Below the pieces are notes generated by a model. The model did not search any database. It was not told the origin of the DNA and saw nothing but the letters and a program-made list of their open reading frames with translations. Shown here piece by piece: positions 8,241 to 17,310 of a stretch of 64,000 nucleotides of DNA. The stretch is from the IMG/VR virus record IMGVR_UViG_3300025928_000005, positions 1 through 64,000 of that record. One strand, written 5' to 3'. A program made the position numbers and the translations under genes. The DNA comes from a virus. The stretch's first letter is position 1. Each line of letters opens with the position of its first letter.

Positions 8241-9147
8241 CCTCGGCTCCGAGGTCTACGTCAACCTGCTGCACGATCTGCTTCAGGCCCCGCGGGTCGC
8301 CCCCCGCAGCGTCGCCACGCGAGAGCTTCGCGACGTCACCCTGCGGATCGAGAACCCGGGTGAGGTTCACGTCCTGCGCACCATGCGCAAGCCCAACCTC
8401 AGGATCGCGGCCACCGAGGCGATGCACCTCATCGGCGGCCTCAGCAGCCTGCAGCAGCTCGACCGCGCCAGCGGCGGTCGGTTCAGCCAGTTCGCAAACG
8501 GCGGTCGCCTGCTCGGCGCCTACGGTCCTCGCACCTTCGAGCAGCTGCCTGCCGTGGCTAGCCTGCTCAGGCGCGACCCCAACACCCGGCAGGCGGTCGT
8601 CAGTCTCTGGACCGGCCGTGAGCACGACGCCGCGTCCCGGGACGTCCCCTGCACCACCACGCTGCAGTTCTTCCTGCGCGATGACCTGCTGCACCTGCGG
8701 GTCACCATGCGATCCAACGACGCGTGGCTCGGCGTGCCCTACGACCTCATGATGTTCAGCTGCCTGCAGCGAACGATGGCGTGCGCGCTCGGTGTGGAAC
8801 CCGGCGAGTACACTCACAGCGTCGGCTCCATGCATCTCTACGAGCGCGACCTCGACGCGGCGGACCTCGTCGCGCGCGACGACCACGATCTCGCCATCGC
8901 CAATCCCCACGTCACCGTGGGAATCCCGGTGCCTCTCTTCGACATTGAGCGTCGCTCCGTCGATGACCTCGCTGCCAACGCCACCGCGGTCTGCTTCCAC
9001 GACTGCCCCGACTGGGACCTCCTGCCGGCGCACGAGTGGCTCTACGACGTTGTGCCAATGCTCGACGATGACGAGTCTCTCTGCCTGTCCTGCCGCTACG
9101 TCACCACCGGTGACGTCTGCCTCACCTGCCACCGGGAGACGCCGTGA
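8224..9147 (+). CDS. thymidylate synthase homologue, probably dCMP-specific (hydroxymethylase/methylase/hydroxylase type)
   Basis: YGPR, TRQAV, DVPCT catalytic Cys, MRSNDAWLGVPYD (Asp at the Asn177 specificity site), GSMHLYE. Confidence 0.88.
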   Translation: MEYVSDLGSEVYVNLLHDLLQAPRVAPRSVATRELRDVTLRIENPGEVHVLRTMRKPNLRIAATEAMHLIGGLSSLQQLDRASGGRFSQFANGGRLLGAYGPRTFEQLPAVASLLRRDPNTRQAVVSLWTGREHDAASRDVPCTTTLQFFLRDDLLHLRVTMRSNDAWLGVPYDLMMFSCLQRTMACALGVEPGEYTHSVGSMHLYERDLDAADLVARDDHDLAIANPHVTVGIPVPLFDIERRSVDDLAANATAVCFHDCPDWDLLPAHEWLYDVVPMLDDDESLCLSCRYVTTGDVCLTCHRETP

Positions 9148-9425
9148 CCGATGACCAGACCGAGACCCGCGAGGACAAGCTGCGTGCCTTCGCCGCCGAC
9201 CTCCTGCTCGACGACGCCAGCAAGCTCGACTTCCTGACCGTCGTGGAGACCGCGCACGACCGGAAGCTGTTCCCGGACGGCTTCACCGACGAGGACGCCG
9301 AGTACGTGCACGACCTCGCGCTCCGCGCCACCCTGCGCGTCAGCTGGCCCGACCACGAGTACGTGTACGGCACGTCGTTCGACGATGACGAGACCGACGG
9401 TGACGACGACACTGCCGGCGAGTGA
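9144..9425 (+). CDS. acidic hypothetical protein
   Basis: 93 aa, GTGA-coupled. Confidence 0.7.
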   Translation: MTDDQTETREDKLRAFAADLLLDDASKLDFLTVVETAHDRKLFPDGFTDEDAEYVHDLALRATLRVSWPDHEYVYGTSFDDDETDGDDDTAGE

Positions 9426-9897
9426 CGGCCGCCCCGGCTGGGACCCCACCTGGCTCGCGGTCGCGCAGGTCATCGCGTACCGCAGCCGCTGCGACCGCGC
9501 CCAGGTGGGTGCCGTGATCGTGACCCGAGATAACCGGGTCGCGGCCATCTCCTACAACGGCCCGCCGCGGGGGCAGCGGCTCGTCGGGACCTGCGTCAAC
9601 TGGTGCCCACGGGCCCGCGGCGAGAACCTCAGCCCGTCCTACGACGAGTGCGCCACCGTTCACGCCGAGGCCAACGCGCTGCTGCGCGCCGACTTCACGG
9701 ACATCCGTGGCGGCACCATCTACGTCTCCAGCGCGTGCTGCCGGGGCTGCGCCAAGCTGATCGCCAACTCGGGGCTCACGCGCGTCGTGCACGTCGTCGG
9801 CCCCAATGACCTTCACCGCGACCCCGACGCGGTGGAGACCTACCTGCGAACCTGTGGCCTCACGGTCACGCGAGCCAACCGAGTGGAGGAGCTGTGA
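9385..9897 (+). CDS. dCMP deaminase
   Basis: RPGWD, RSRCDRAQVGAVIV, YNGPP, HAEANAL, CCRGCAKLIANSG; start uncertain. Confidence 0.92.
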   Translation: MTRPTVTTTLPASDGRPGWDPTWLAVAQVIAYRSRCDRAQVGAVIVTRDNRVAAISYNGPPRGQRLVGTCVNWCPRARGENLSPSYDECATVHAEANALLRADFTDIRGGTIYVSSACCRGCAKLIANSGLTRVVHVVGPNDLHRDPDAVETYLRTCGLTVTRANRVEEL

Positions 9898-10118
9898 TTA
9901 AGCCATCGCCCAGCGAGCGAGCCGTGCCGATCGTGGGGCAGCTGCTTGATCAGTTCGAGGAGCGTCATCGGGGAACCTTGCCCGATCGCCTCGACTGCGG
10001 CTGTGAGTGGCGGGTGCTTGTTGCGAAGCTCCTGTTCGACGCGTGGGCTCACGGCTACGCTGAAGGCTTCGCCAACCAGGACGGGCTCACCGAGACCGGA
10101 ATCGAGAGGACCACGTGA
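9894..10118 (+). CDS. hypothetical protein
   Basis: 74 aa, GTGA overlaps at both ends. Confidence 0.6.
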   Translation: MIKPSPSERAVPIVGQLLDQFEERHRGTLPDRLDCGCEWRVLVAKLLFDAWAHGYAEGFANQDGLTETGIERTT

Positions 10119-11989
10119 GCGACCTCGAGGTCTATCAGCCACCCGCGGTAGTGCCGGCGGTCGTCACGGAGGCCGCGGTCGCGGTCCCCGAGCGCTCCCC
10201 CGCGCGGGTTGAGAGCTCACCGCTCGCCAACGTGCGGCTCAAGCTCGTGGAGACCCTCGACGACGCGCTCGAGTTCGCGACCTGGCTTGGTGAGCGCCGG
10301 CAGGTCCTCGCGTTCGACACCGAGACCGGCGGCCTCAACCACCACGTCGACAACCTTCGGCTCATCCAGGTGGGGGACCGTGACACCGGGTGGGCGATCC
10401 CGTGGCCGCTGTGGGGCGGCCTCGCGCGCGACAAGCTGAACGGCTACGAGGAGCCCAACGTCGCTCACCACCGCAAGTTCGACCACGGCTTCCTCAAGCA
10501 CCGTGGCGGCATCGACATCCCGTGGGCCAACGGCCACGACACGATGACCCTGCTCGCCGTCCGTGACCCCACGCTGCCCAAGGGCCTCAAGCCCGCGTCC
10601 GCCCGGCTCATCGACAAGCGAGCCACCGCCGGCGAGAAACTTCTCCATGACGGCATGAAGCAGAACGGCTGGACGTGGGCCACCGTTCCCTACAACTTCC
10701 CGCCGTACTGGGCGTACGGCGCGCTCGACCCGGTTCTCACCGCTCACCTGTTCGATGCCACGTACCCGGTCCCCGAGCGGTCCCAGCCGATCTACGAGCT
10801 CGAGCTCGCCACCTCTCGCATCTGCGGGGAGATGTCGCACCGCGGTATCATGATCGACCGGGGGTACGTCAACGACGCCATCAAGCGGCTCAAGGTCTAC
10901 ACCGGTGACACCCGCGCCTGGCTCAAGGAGAACTTCAACGTCACGAGCCTCCTGTCGGCCAAGCAGCTCGCGGCCGGCTTCGCCAAGGCCGGTCTCACCA
11001 TCACCAAGACCACGCCCAGCGGGCAACCCAAGCTCGACAAGGAGACCCTCGAGGCGATCGTCGCCTACGAGGGCGTCCCCGAGGCCGCCCGACAGCTCGC
11101 CAAGACGGTCATCGACGCCAGGCACGCGGAGAAGGTCATCGGCAGCTACCTCGAGAAGTTCCTCGAGCTCTGCGACGCCAATGACGTCGTGCACCCTCAG
11201 ATCAACACGATGCAGGCCCGAACCGGACGCATGTCCGTCACCGAGCCCGCCCTGCAGACCCTGCACCGCGACGACAAGATCGTGCGCGGCTCGTTCATCC
11301 CCCGCCCCGGCATGGCCCTCATCACGTGCGACTTCAGCCAGATCGAGATGCGCCTGGCGGCCGCGGTCAGCGCCGACGAGGGCCTCATCGCCGCCTTCCA
11401 CGAGGCCGACAACGGCGGTCGTGACTTCTACTCCGCGATCGCCAGTGAGCTCTTCCGCGAGGAGGTCGACAAGAAGGATCCCCGCCGGCAGGCCGTCAAG
11501 ACCATGTCCTACGCCAAGCTCTATGGGGCCAGTGTCGCCACCATGGCCCGCTCCATCGGCCTTCCCGTGGAGCAGGTCAAGCCCATCCACGACGCGTTCA
11601 ACGAGCGGTTTCCCGGTCTGGAGAAGATGGCCAAGGGCATCTACCGGGAGGCCGCCGCGGAGAAGCGCGCCCACGGCAAGCCCGCCACGTGGACGAGCAT
11701 GGGCCGCTACCTGCCCGCCGACAGCGGCCGCGACTTCGCGCTCCTCAACTACCGCCTCCAGGCGGAGGCCGCGGACGCCCTGAAGCGCTCCATCGTGGCC
11801 TGCTCCAACGGCGGCTTCGACGACGCCATGCTGTTGCCGGTGCACGACGAGATCATCTTCGAGGTGCCGCTCGCCGACGCCGAGGACGCCAAGCGCCAGG
11901 TCATCGACCTGATGACCGACCGCGACACGTACGCCGTGCCGCTCACGTGCGACGCCGCGATCCTCACCGAGCGGTGGAAGAAGACCTGA
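10115..11989 (+). CDS. polA: family A DNA polymerase (3'-5' exo + polymerase)
   Basis: FDTETGG exo I, TGRMS, DFSQIEMR motif A, RQAVKTMSYAKLYG motif B, VHDEI motif C. Confidence 0.95.
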   Translation: MSDLEVYQPPAVVPAVVTEAAVAVPERSPARVESSPLANVRLKLVETLDDALEFATWLGERRQVLAFDTETGGLNHHVDNLRLIQVGDRDTGWAIPWPLWGGLARDKLNGYEEPNVAHHRKFDHGFLKHRGGIDIPWANGHDTMTLLAVRDPTLPKGLKPASARLIDKRATAGEKLLHDGMKQNGWTWATVPYNFPPYWAYGALDPVLTAHLFDATYPVPERSQPIYELELATSRICGEMSHRGIMIDRGYVNDAIKRLKVYTGDTRAWLKENFNVTSLLSAKQLAAGFAKAGLTITKTTPSGQPKLDKETLEAIVAYEGVPEAARQLAKTVIDARHAEKVIGSYLEKFLELCDANDVVHPQINTMQARTGRMSVTEPALQTLHRDDKIVRGSFIPRPGMALITCDFSQIEMRLAAAVSADEGLIAAFHEADNGGRDFYSAIASELFREEVDKKDPRRQAVKTMSYAKLYGASVATMARSIGLPVEQVKPIHDAFNERFPGLEKMAKGIYREAAAEKRAHGKPATWTSMGRYLPADSGRDFALLNYRLQAEAADALKRSIVACSNGGFDDAMLLPVHDEIIFEVPLADAEDAKRQVIDLMTDRDTYAVPLTCDAAILTERWKKT

Positions 11990-11998
11990 CCAACTGGG

Positions 11999-12027
11999 TT
12001 TACAAATGATCACCCACCTGATAGGGT
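11999..12027 (+). promoter_or_regulatory. promoter TTTACA-N17-TAGGGT
   Basis: GATCACCC/GGGTGATC inverted repeat overlaps the -10; leader CAGGAAC. Confidence 0.75.
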
Positions 12028-12059
12028 GATCGCAGGAACAGATCGAACGGAGGAAGGTT

Positions 12060-12572
12060 TTGGCACGCGCCACCTTGAACACCGACACGCTGCTGAACCT
12101 CTGCTACGACGGCACCGACACTGAGCGGGTCATCTGGGTCGACCCCGGCGAGTCCACCGGCTGGGCGCTCTGGGGTGCCGACGGCTCGTTCGCCAGCGGC
12201 CAGGACGAGGCCTACGTCGTCGAGAACGGCATCTATGCCGCCCTGATGGGGTCCGCCTGGCGCTACCAGGTCGGGTGGGAGCAGTACCTCATCACCGGCA
12301 GCCGCGTCAGGCACGACGGCAGCGCCCTGCGGGTGATCGGCTTCCTCGAGTGGGTCACGCGCTACACCGAGACGAGGCGGCTCAAGCCGATGCCCAGCTC
12401 GGCCCGCAACCTCGGGCAGGACGGGGACAAGCTCAGGGTCCTCGGCTGGCACGCACCGGGTCGGAGGGACGCCAACGCGGCCGCGGCTCACCTGCTCGCG
12501 CACCTGCTGCGCGACAACCTGCTGCCGAGCCCGCTGCTGCGGAAGCTCGCGGACTGGGGCCTCAGTGGCTAG
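12060..12572 (+). CDS. RuvC-like / RNase H-fold nuclease (resolvase candidate)
   Basis: VIWVDPGESTGWA, central E, C-terminal DANAAAAH. Confidence 0.7.
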   Translation: MARATLNTDTLLNLCYDGTDTERVIWVDPGESTGWALWGADGSFASGQDEAYVVENGIYAALMGSAWRYQVGWEQYLITGSRVRHDGSALRVIGFLEWVTRYTETRRLKPMPSSARNLGQDGDKLRVLGWHAPGRRDANAAAAHLLAHLLRDNLLPSPLLRKLADWGLSG

Positions 12573-14385
12573 GGCCCACGTCGACCGCGACCTCAACCGC
12601 ATCGTCGTCAAGGCGAGCCTCTCCGACAAGGACCGGCTCGCGGTCATCCCGGGAAGCGCCTGGCACAAGGCCACCGACACGTGGCGACTGCCGCTCACGT
12701 GGGCGGCCTGCCTGCAGCTCCGCGGCGTCTTCAGGGGTGATCTCGAGCTCGACGAGTCCCTGGTCAGCTGGGCCTGGGAGTTCCGCCAGCACTTCCTGCA
12801 GCCCGTGGAGCACGTTCGGGAGGCGATGAGCCTCGAACCCAACGACCACCCCCTCGCCACCATCGACCTCGCGATCGACCGCGTGGAGGACGGTCGCGAG
12901 CTGGTCCTCAAGCCCTTCCAGCGAGCCGGCGTGGCGTACCTCACGCTCGCGGGCCGCGCCGGCCTCTACGACGAGATGGGAACCGGCAAGACCGTGCAGC
13001 TGATCCGCACCCTGCAAGTTCTCGAGGAGCTCGACCGGCAGCCGTTCCCGGCGCTCGTGGTCTGCCCCAACAGCCTCAAGAACACGGTGTGGCTGCGGGA
13101 GCTCGCGGACTGGGCCCCCGAGCTCAGCGTCATGATCGTGGAGGGGTCCATGGCCAAGCGCCGCGAGCAGCTCGCCACCCCCGCCGACGTCTACGTCATC
13201 AACTACGACCTGCTCAAGCTGCACTCGCGGCTCGCCCCCTACGGGTCGGTGCGGCTCACCGAGGCGCAGAAGACCCCCAAGGAGCTCAACGCCCTCGGCC
13301 ACCGCACCGTCATCTTCGACGAGGCGCACCGACTCTGCCACGTCGGCGGCAAGGTCATCACCAACGAGGACGGCACGCGCACCACGGTTCCCTCCTCGCA
13401 GCAGACCCTCGCCGCGTTCGCCGTGGCCCACCAGGCAGATCACCGGTTCGTGCTCACCGGCACCCCCGTGAACGACCACGTCGGTGACCTGTGGGGCCTC
13501 CTGCACGCGGTGCTGCCCGACTGGTTTCCGACCCGGACCAAGTACCTCGACCGCTACGCGGAGAAGTCCTACGGCCTGTGGGGCGGCGCCGAGATCATCG
13601 GCCTCAACCCGGCGCACGAGCCCGAGTTTCGCGCCGTGACGACGCCGCTGTACCGGCGCGTGTTGAAGCGAGCCGCCCTGCCACAGCTGCCGCCCAAGCT
13701 GCCCACCGTCTACCGCGAGACGCCCATGGGCACCAAGCAGACCCGGGCGTACCGACAGATGGAGCTCACCATGCTCGCGGACCTCAACGAGATCCTCGTC
13801 GCGAAGTCCACGATCGAGCAGTTCACGCGGCTGCTGCAGTTCGCGGCCGCCTCCGCGGAGGTCGACGAGGACGGCAAGGTCAGGCTCACCGGCGCATCAC
13901 CCAAGGTCGACGACCTCGTCGACCTCCTCGGTGAGCTCGACCCGAAGCCCCTCGTCGTGGCCGCCGAGTCCCGGCAGCTCATCGAGCTCGCGGCGGAGCG
14001 CCTCAAGAAAGAGAAGATCAGCCACGGCCTCGTGACCGGCGCGTTGTCCCCGTTCGAGCGCGGCGAGAACGTGCGGCGCTTCCAAGAGGGCCGGCTGCGG
14101 GTGATCCTCCTCACGCTCGGTGCCGGGGCAGAGGGCCTGACCCTCACCCGCGCGGACACGATGCTGTTCATGCAGCGGTCCTTCAGCCCGCTCAAGAACA
14201 CGCAGGGTGAGGACCGGATCTACCGCATCGGCTCCGAGATCCACGAGCGCATCCAGATCGTGGAGCAGATCGCGCCCAACACGGTGGAGGAGCGTCGCCG
14301 CGACGTCCTCACCCGGAAGGGCGTCCGCATCGAGGACGTCCTGCAAGACGCCGCGGCCCTGCGCCGCATGCTGGGAGGCAGCTGA
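12565..14385 (+). CDS. SNF2-family helicase
   Basis: DEMGTGKT, DEAH, LTGTP, GAEGLTLT, QGEDRIYRIG. Confidence 0.92.
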   Translation: MARAHVDRDLNRIVVKASLSDKDRLAVIPGSAWHKATDTWRLPLTWAACLQLRGVFRGDLELDESLVSWAWEFRQHFLQPVEHVREAMSLEPNDHPLATIDLAIDRVEDGRELVLKPFQRAGVAYLTLAGRAGLYDEMGTGKTVQLIRTLQVLEELDRQPFPALVVCPNSLKNTVWLRELADWAPELSVMIVEGSMAKRREQLATPADVYVINYDLLKLHSRLAPYGSVRLTEAQKTPKELNALGHRTVIFDEAHRLCHVGGKVITNEDGTRTTVPSSQQTLAAFAVAHQADHRFVLTGTPVNDHVGDLWGLLHAVLPDWFPTRTKYLDRYAEKSYGLWGGAEIIGLNPAHEPEFRAVTTPLYRRVLKRAALPQLPPKLPTVYRETPMGTKQTRAYRQMELTMLADLNEILVAKSTIEQFTRLLQFAAASAEVDEDGKVRLTGASPKVDDLVDLLGELDPKPLVVAAESRQLIELAAERLKKEKISHGLVTGALSPFERGENVRRFQEGRLRVILLTLGAGAEGLTLTRADTMLFMQRSFSPLKNTQGEDRIYRIGSEIHERIQIVEQIAPNTVEERRRDVLTRKGVRIEDVLQDAAALRRMLGGS

Positions 14386-14555
14386 TGCCGGTGCACGCGA
14401 CCACGGTTCGAGTGCGAACGCGCTGGCGCTGGTGGACCATCGGTGACGTGACCGCCTGGCGGGTCACGCAGAACGGTGACCTCGTCATCACGCGGCGGGA
14501 CCTGAGCACGGTCCTGTTCGCGGTCCGTCGCTGGCGACACGCTTGGGAGGCCTAG
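14385..14555 (+). CDS. small hypothetical protein (56 aa)
   Basis: MPVHATTVRVRTRWRWW...HAWEA; TGATG overlap, GGGAGG RBS; not in ORF track. Confidence 0.55.
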   Translation: MPVHATTVRVRTRWRWWTIGDVTAWRVTQNGDLVITRRDLSTVLFAVRRWRHAWEA

Positions 14556-14557
14556 CC

Positions 14558-15499
14558 GTGAGGGAGATCAGCAACAGTGAGATGCAGTCGTTTCAGCGGT
14601 GCCGCCGGCACTGGGCGCTCAGCTACCACTGGCAGTGGCAGCCCCGCGCCGTGGACACGTCACCCGTGGGCGTGGCCATCCTCGGCACGCGGATCCACCT
14701 CGCCCTCGAGGCCTGGTACGGCCACGGCATCGACCCGATCGAGGCCCTGTCCTGGCTCTACGAGGTGGCTGCCCTCGAGCGGCCCGACTTCGCCGTCGAC
14801 CTCAGCAAGGAGCTCGATCTCGCCAAGGCGATGGTGGAGGGCTACGTCCAGTGGCTCGACGAGGAGGGCGTCGACGTCAGCCTCGAGACCGTGGACGTGG
14901 AGCGCGAGCTCAAGCACCAGGTCGGCACCTATCTCGGCCCCGTCGTGCTCCGGGCCAAGCTCGACCGGCTCGTGCGCCGCCGCACCGACGGCGCGCTCCT
15001 GCTCGTCGACTACAAGACCGTCGGCTCACTGAGCAAGGCCGACCGGCTCGTGCTCGACCAGCAGATGCGGTTCTACGCCATGCTGCTCGCGCTGCGGTTC
15101 CCGGAGCACCGTGTCGACGGCGCGCTGTACACCATGCTCAAGCGATCCAAGCGCACCGTCCGCGCCACGCCCCCGTTCTACCAGCAGGTGGAGATCAGCT
15201 ACAACCGGCACGACCTCAACTCCACGTACCAGCGCGTCACCGCCGTCGCCGGCGCGATCCTCGAGGCGCACCTGCGGCTTAACGACGGGGACGACCACCA
15301 CGCCATCGTCTACCCCACGGCCACCGACTACTGTGACTGGGGCTGCCCGTTCAGTCGGGTCTGCCCGCTCATGGACGACGGCAGCCGGTGGGAGGCCGCG
15401 CTTCAGGCGAACTTCGACCGAGGGGATCCCTATTCATACTACGAGCGCAGTACTATTCAGGAACTGGTAGCGGACCTGGGAGAGGCAAAGGAGAGCTAG
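14558..15499 (+). CDS. Cas4/AddB-like PD-(D/E)XK exonuclease with Fe-S cysteines
   Basis: SNSE..FQRCRR, GTRIH, KLD...VDYKT, Q..FY, CDWGCPFSRVC. Confidence 0.88.
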   Translation: MREISNSEMQSFQRCRRHWALSYHWQWQPRAVDTSPVGVAILGTRIHLALEAWYGHGIDPIEALSWLYEVAALERPDFAVDLSKELDLAKAMVEGYVQWLDEEGVDVSLETVDVERELKHQVGTYLGPVVLRAKLDRLVRRRTDGALLLVDYKTVGSLSKADRLVLDQQMRFYAMLLALRFPEHRVDGALYTMLKRSKRTVRATPPFYQQVEISYNRHDLNSTYQRVTAVAGAILEAHLRLNDGDDHHAIVYPTATDYCDWGCPFSRVCPLMDDGSRWEAALQANFDRGDPYSYYERSTIQELVADLGEAKES

Positions 15500-15504
15500 A
15501 CGAG

Positions 15505-15948
15505 ATGGGAGGCAGGTTCTGTCCACCTGGGTGTCAGTGCGGACGTCACACGAAGAAGCAACCTAAGCATCCGGTAGGTTGCCCGTGTAAGTTGCACTCT
15601 AAGGTGACACCCAAGTGCCCAGAAGGATGCAGATGCCTCAAACACCATGGTCGAACATTTCGTCGAGCTGATGCCTACTTTAACAACCACGCAGTAGTTG
15701 GAAAAGTTCGAGGGTCGTCGGCTGATCATAACTGCGTTGACTGCGGTAGTAAGGCTCGACACTGGTCTCATGTTCATGACACTGATCCGACGGATCCGCA
15801 AAACTACGAGCCTCGCTGTGACAAGTGCCACCAAGTCTACGACGGCATCCACACCATTGAAAAATGGTGTGACATCTGCCAGAAAAGCTGGTCGCTAACC
15901 AAGTGGAGCCGTCACATCAGAAAGTACCACCAGGGAGGAAAGTGGTGA
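15505..15948 (+). CDS. HNH-type endonuclease with Cys-rich repeats; low-GC insertion
   Basis: CVDC...HWSH...YEPRCDKCH; visibly lower GC than flanks. Confidence 0.75.
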   Translation: MGGRFCPPGCQCGRHTKKQPKHPVGCPCKLHSKVTPKCPEGCRCLKHHGRTFRRADAYFNNHAVVGKVRGSSADHNCVDCGSKARHWSHVHDTDPTDPQNYEPRCDKCHQVYDGIHTIEKWCDICQKSWSLTKWSRHIRKYHQGGKW

Positions 15949-16724
15949 CCAGCAACAGCAACCACTATGGTTTCAATCTAATAGTCTTCGGCGCGTCCAA
16001 GAAGGGAAAGTCCTGGCTCGGTGACACCACGCCCGCGCCCCGCGTCGTGCTCGACGCGGAGGCCGGCAGCCGGTGGACCCCCAGCAACAAGGTGATCTGG
16101 GACCCCAAGGCCCAGAAGCCGCCGGAGCCGGACGGCACCTGGGACACCGCCCTCGTGCCGGTCCGCGAGTACAAGGACGTGCTCAAGGCCTACGAGTGGC
16201 TCAACAGCGGCAAGCACCCGTTCCGCAGCGTCGTCATCGACTCCATCTCGGAGGTGCAGCAGCGCGCCATCGACGACATGGTCGGCTCCAGCGCCATGAA
16301 GGTGCAGGACTGGGGCCAGCTGCTGCGGGTCGTCAGCGACCTGGTCCGCAAGTTCCGGGACCTCGTCACCAACCCGCTCAAGCCGCTCGACGCCGTCCTG
16401 CTCATCGCGATGGCCAAGCAGCGGAACGACGGGGCGTGGGGCCCGCACATTCAGGGCTCCCTCGCGACCACGCTGCCCTACTACGTCGACGCCTGCTGCT
16501 ACCTCGACGTGGTCGTCGGCGACGACGGCACGCAGACCCGCCGGCTGTTCTGCGGCAACTTCCCGGGCTTCGAGACCGGGCACCGCCTGCCGGAGCACCT
16601 GCTTAGCCAGTACGTCGACAACCCCAACATCAGCGAGATCCTCGCCCGCATCCGCGGCGGGGAGACGCTGCCCACCACGTCCTCGTCGGCCACCGTGGCC
16701 GTCGACCTGAGCGAGAAGAGGTAA
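15945..16724 (+). CDS. Sak4-like AAA ATPase (recombinase)
   Basis: GASKKGKS, LDAEAG, VVIDSISE, DWG; lies between exonuclease and SSB. Confidence 0.85.
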   Translation: MTSNSNHYGFNLIVFGASKKGKSWLGDTTPAPRVVLDAEAGSRWTPSNKVIWDPKAQKPPEPDGTWDTALVPVREYKDVLKAYEWLNSGKHPFRSVVIDSISEVQQRAIDDMVGSSAMKVQDWGQLLRVVSDLVRKFRDLVTNPLKPLDAVLLIAMAKQRNDGAWGPHIQGSLATTLPYYVDACCYLDVVVGDDGTQTRRLFCGNFPGFETGHRLPEHLLSQYVDNPNISEILARIRGGETLPTTSSSATVAVDLSEKR

Positions 16725-16732
16725 CCCGCACC

Positions 16733-17308
16733 ATGGCGGCAATCAACTGGAGTGACCTGCAGAAGGCGGCGGGCGACGCCGCGTTCACCCCCGTCCCCAA
16801 CGACGTCTACGACGTGTTCGTGGACACCGCGGAGGCGACGCAGTCCTCCACCGGCAAGGACATGATCAAGGTCCAGTTCAAGATCCAGAACGGCCCGCAC
16901 GAGGGGCGGAACGTCTTCAACCAGTTCGTCATCTCGCCGGACAGCGCGAACGCCCTCGCGTTCTTCTTCCGGCACATGGCGGCCCTGGGCCTCGACGAGG
17001 CGTTCTTCGCGGCCAACCCGCCGCTGCAGACCGTCGCCGCGACCCTGGTCGGCCGCGCGTGCCGCATCAAGGTCGGCACCCGGGAGTACCAGGGGCAGGA
17101 CCGCAACCAGGTCGACGCGGTGCTGCCGCCGACCGCGGGCACCGCGGTCACCGCCCCGCCGGCTCCCAGCACCATGCCGACCGTGCCGCCGTCGCCGGCC
17201 GCCGCACCGAGCGGTGTGGGCGCGACGCCGATGCCGACCGCCCCGCCGGTGACCGCACCTGCCGCGCCGGCTCCGGTCGCCCCGCCGTCGCCCGAGCTGC
17301 CGTTCTGA
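16733..17308 (+). CDS. single-stranded DNA-binding protein (DUF669-like)
   Basis: FTPVPNDVY...STGKDMIKVQFKI...GPHEGR; Pro/Ala tail ending ELPF. Confidence 0.85.
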   Translation: MAAINWSDLQKAAGDAAFTPVPNDVYDVFVDTAEATQSSTGKDMIKVQFKIQNGPHEGRNVFNQFVISPDSANALAFFFRHMAALGLDEAFFAANPPLQTVAATLVGRACRIKVGTREYQGQDRNQVDAVLPPTAGTAVTAPPAPSTMPTVPPSPAAAPSGVGATPMPTAPPVTAPAAPAPVAPPSPELPF

Positions 17309-17310
17309 CG

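Noticed and set aside
8224-9147. Gene symbol thyA
   Set aside because: The specificity residue is Asp, pointing to a dCMP substrate.
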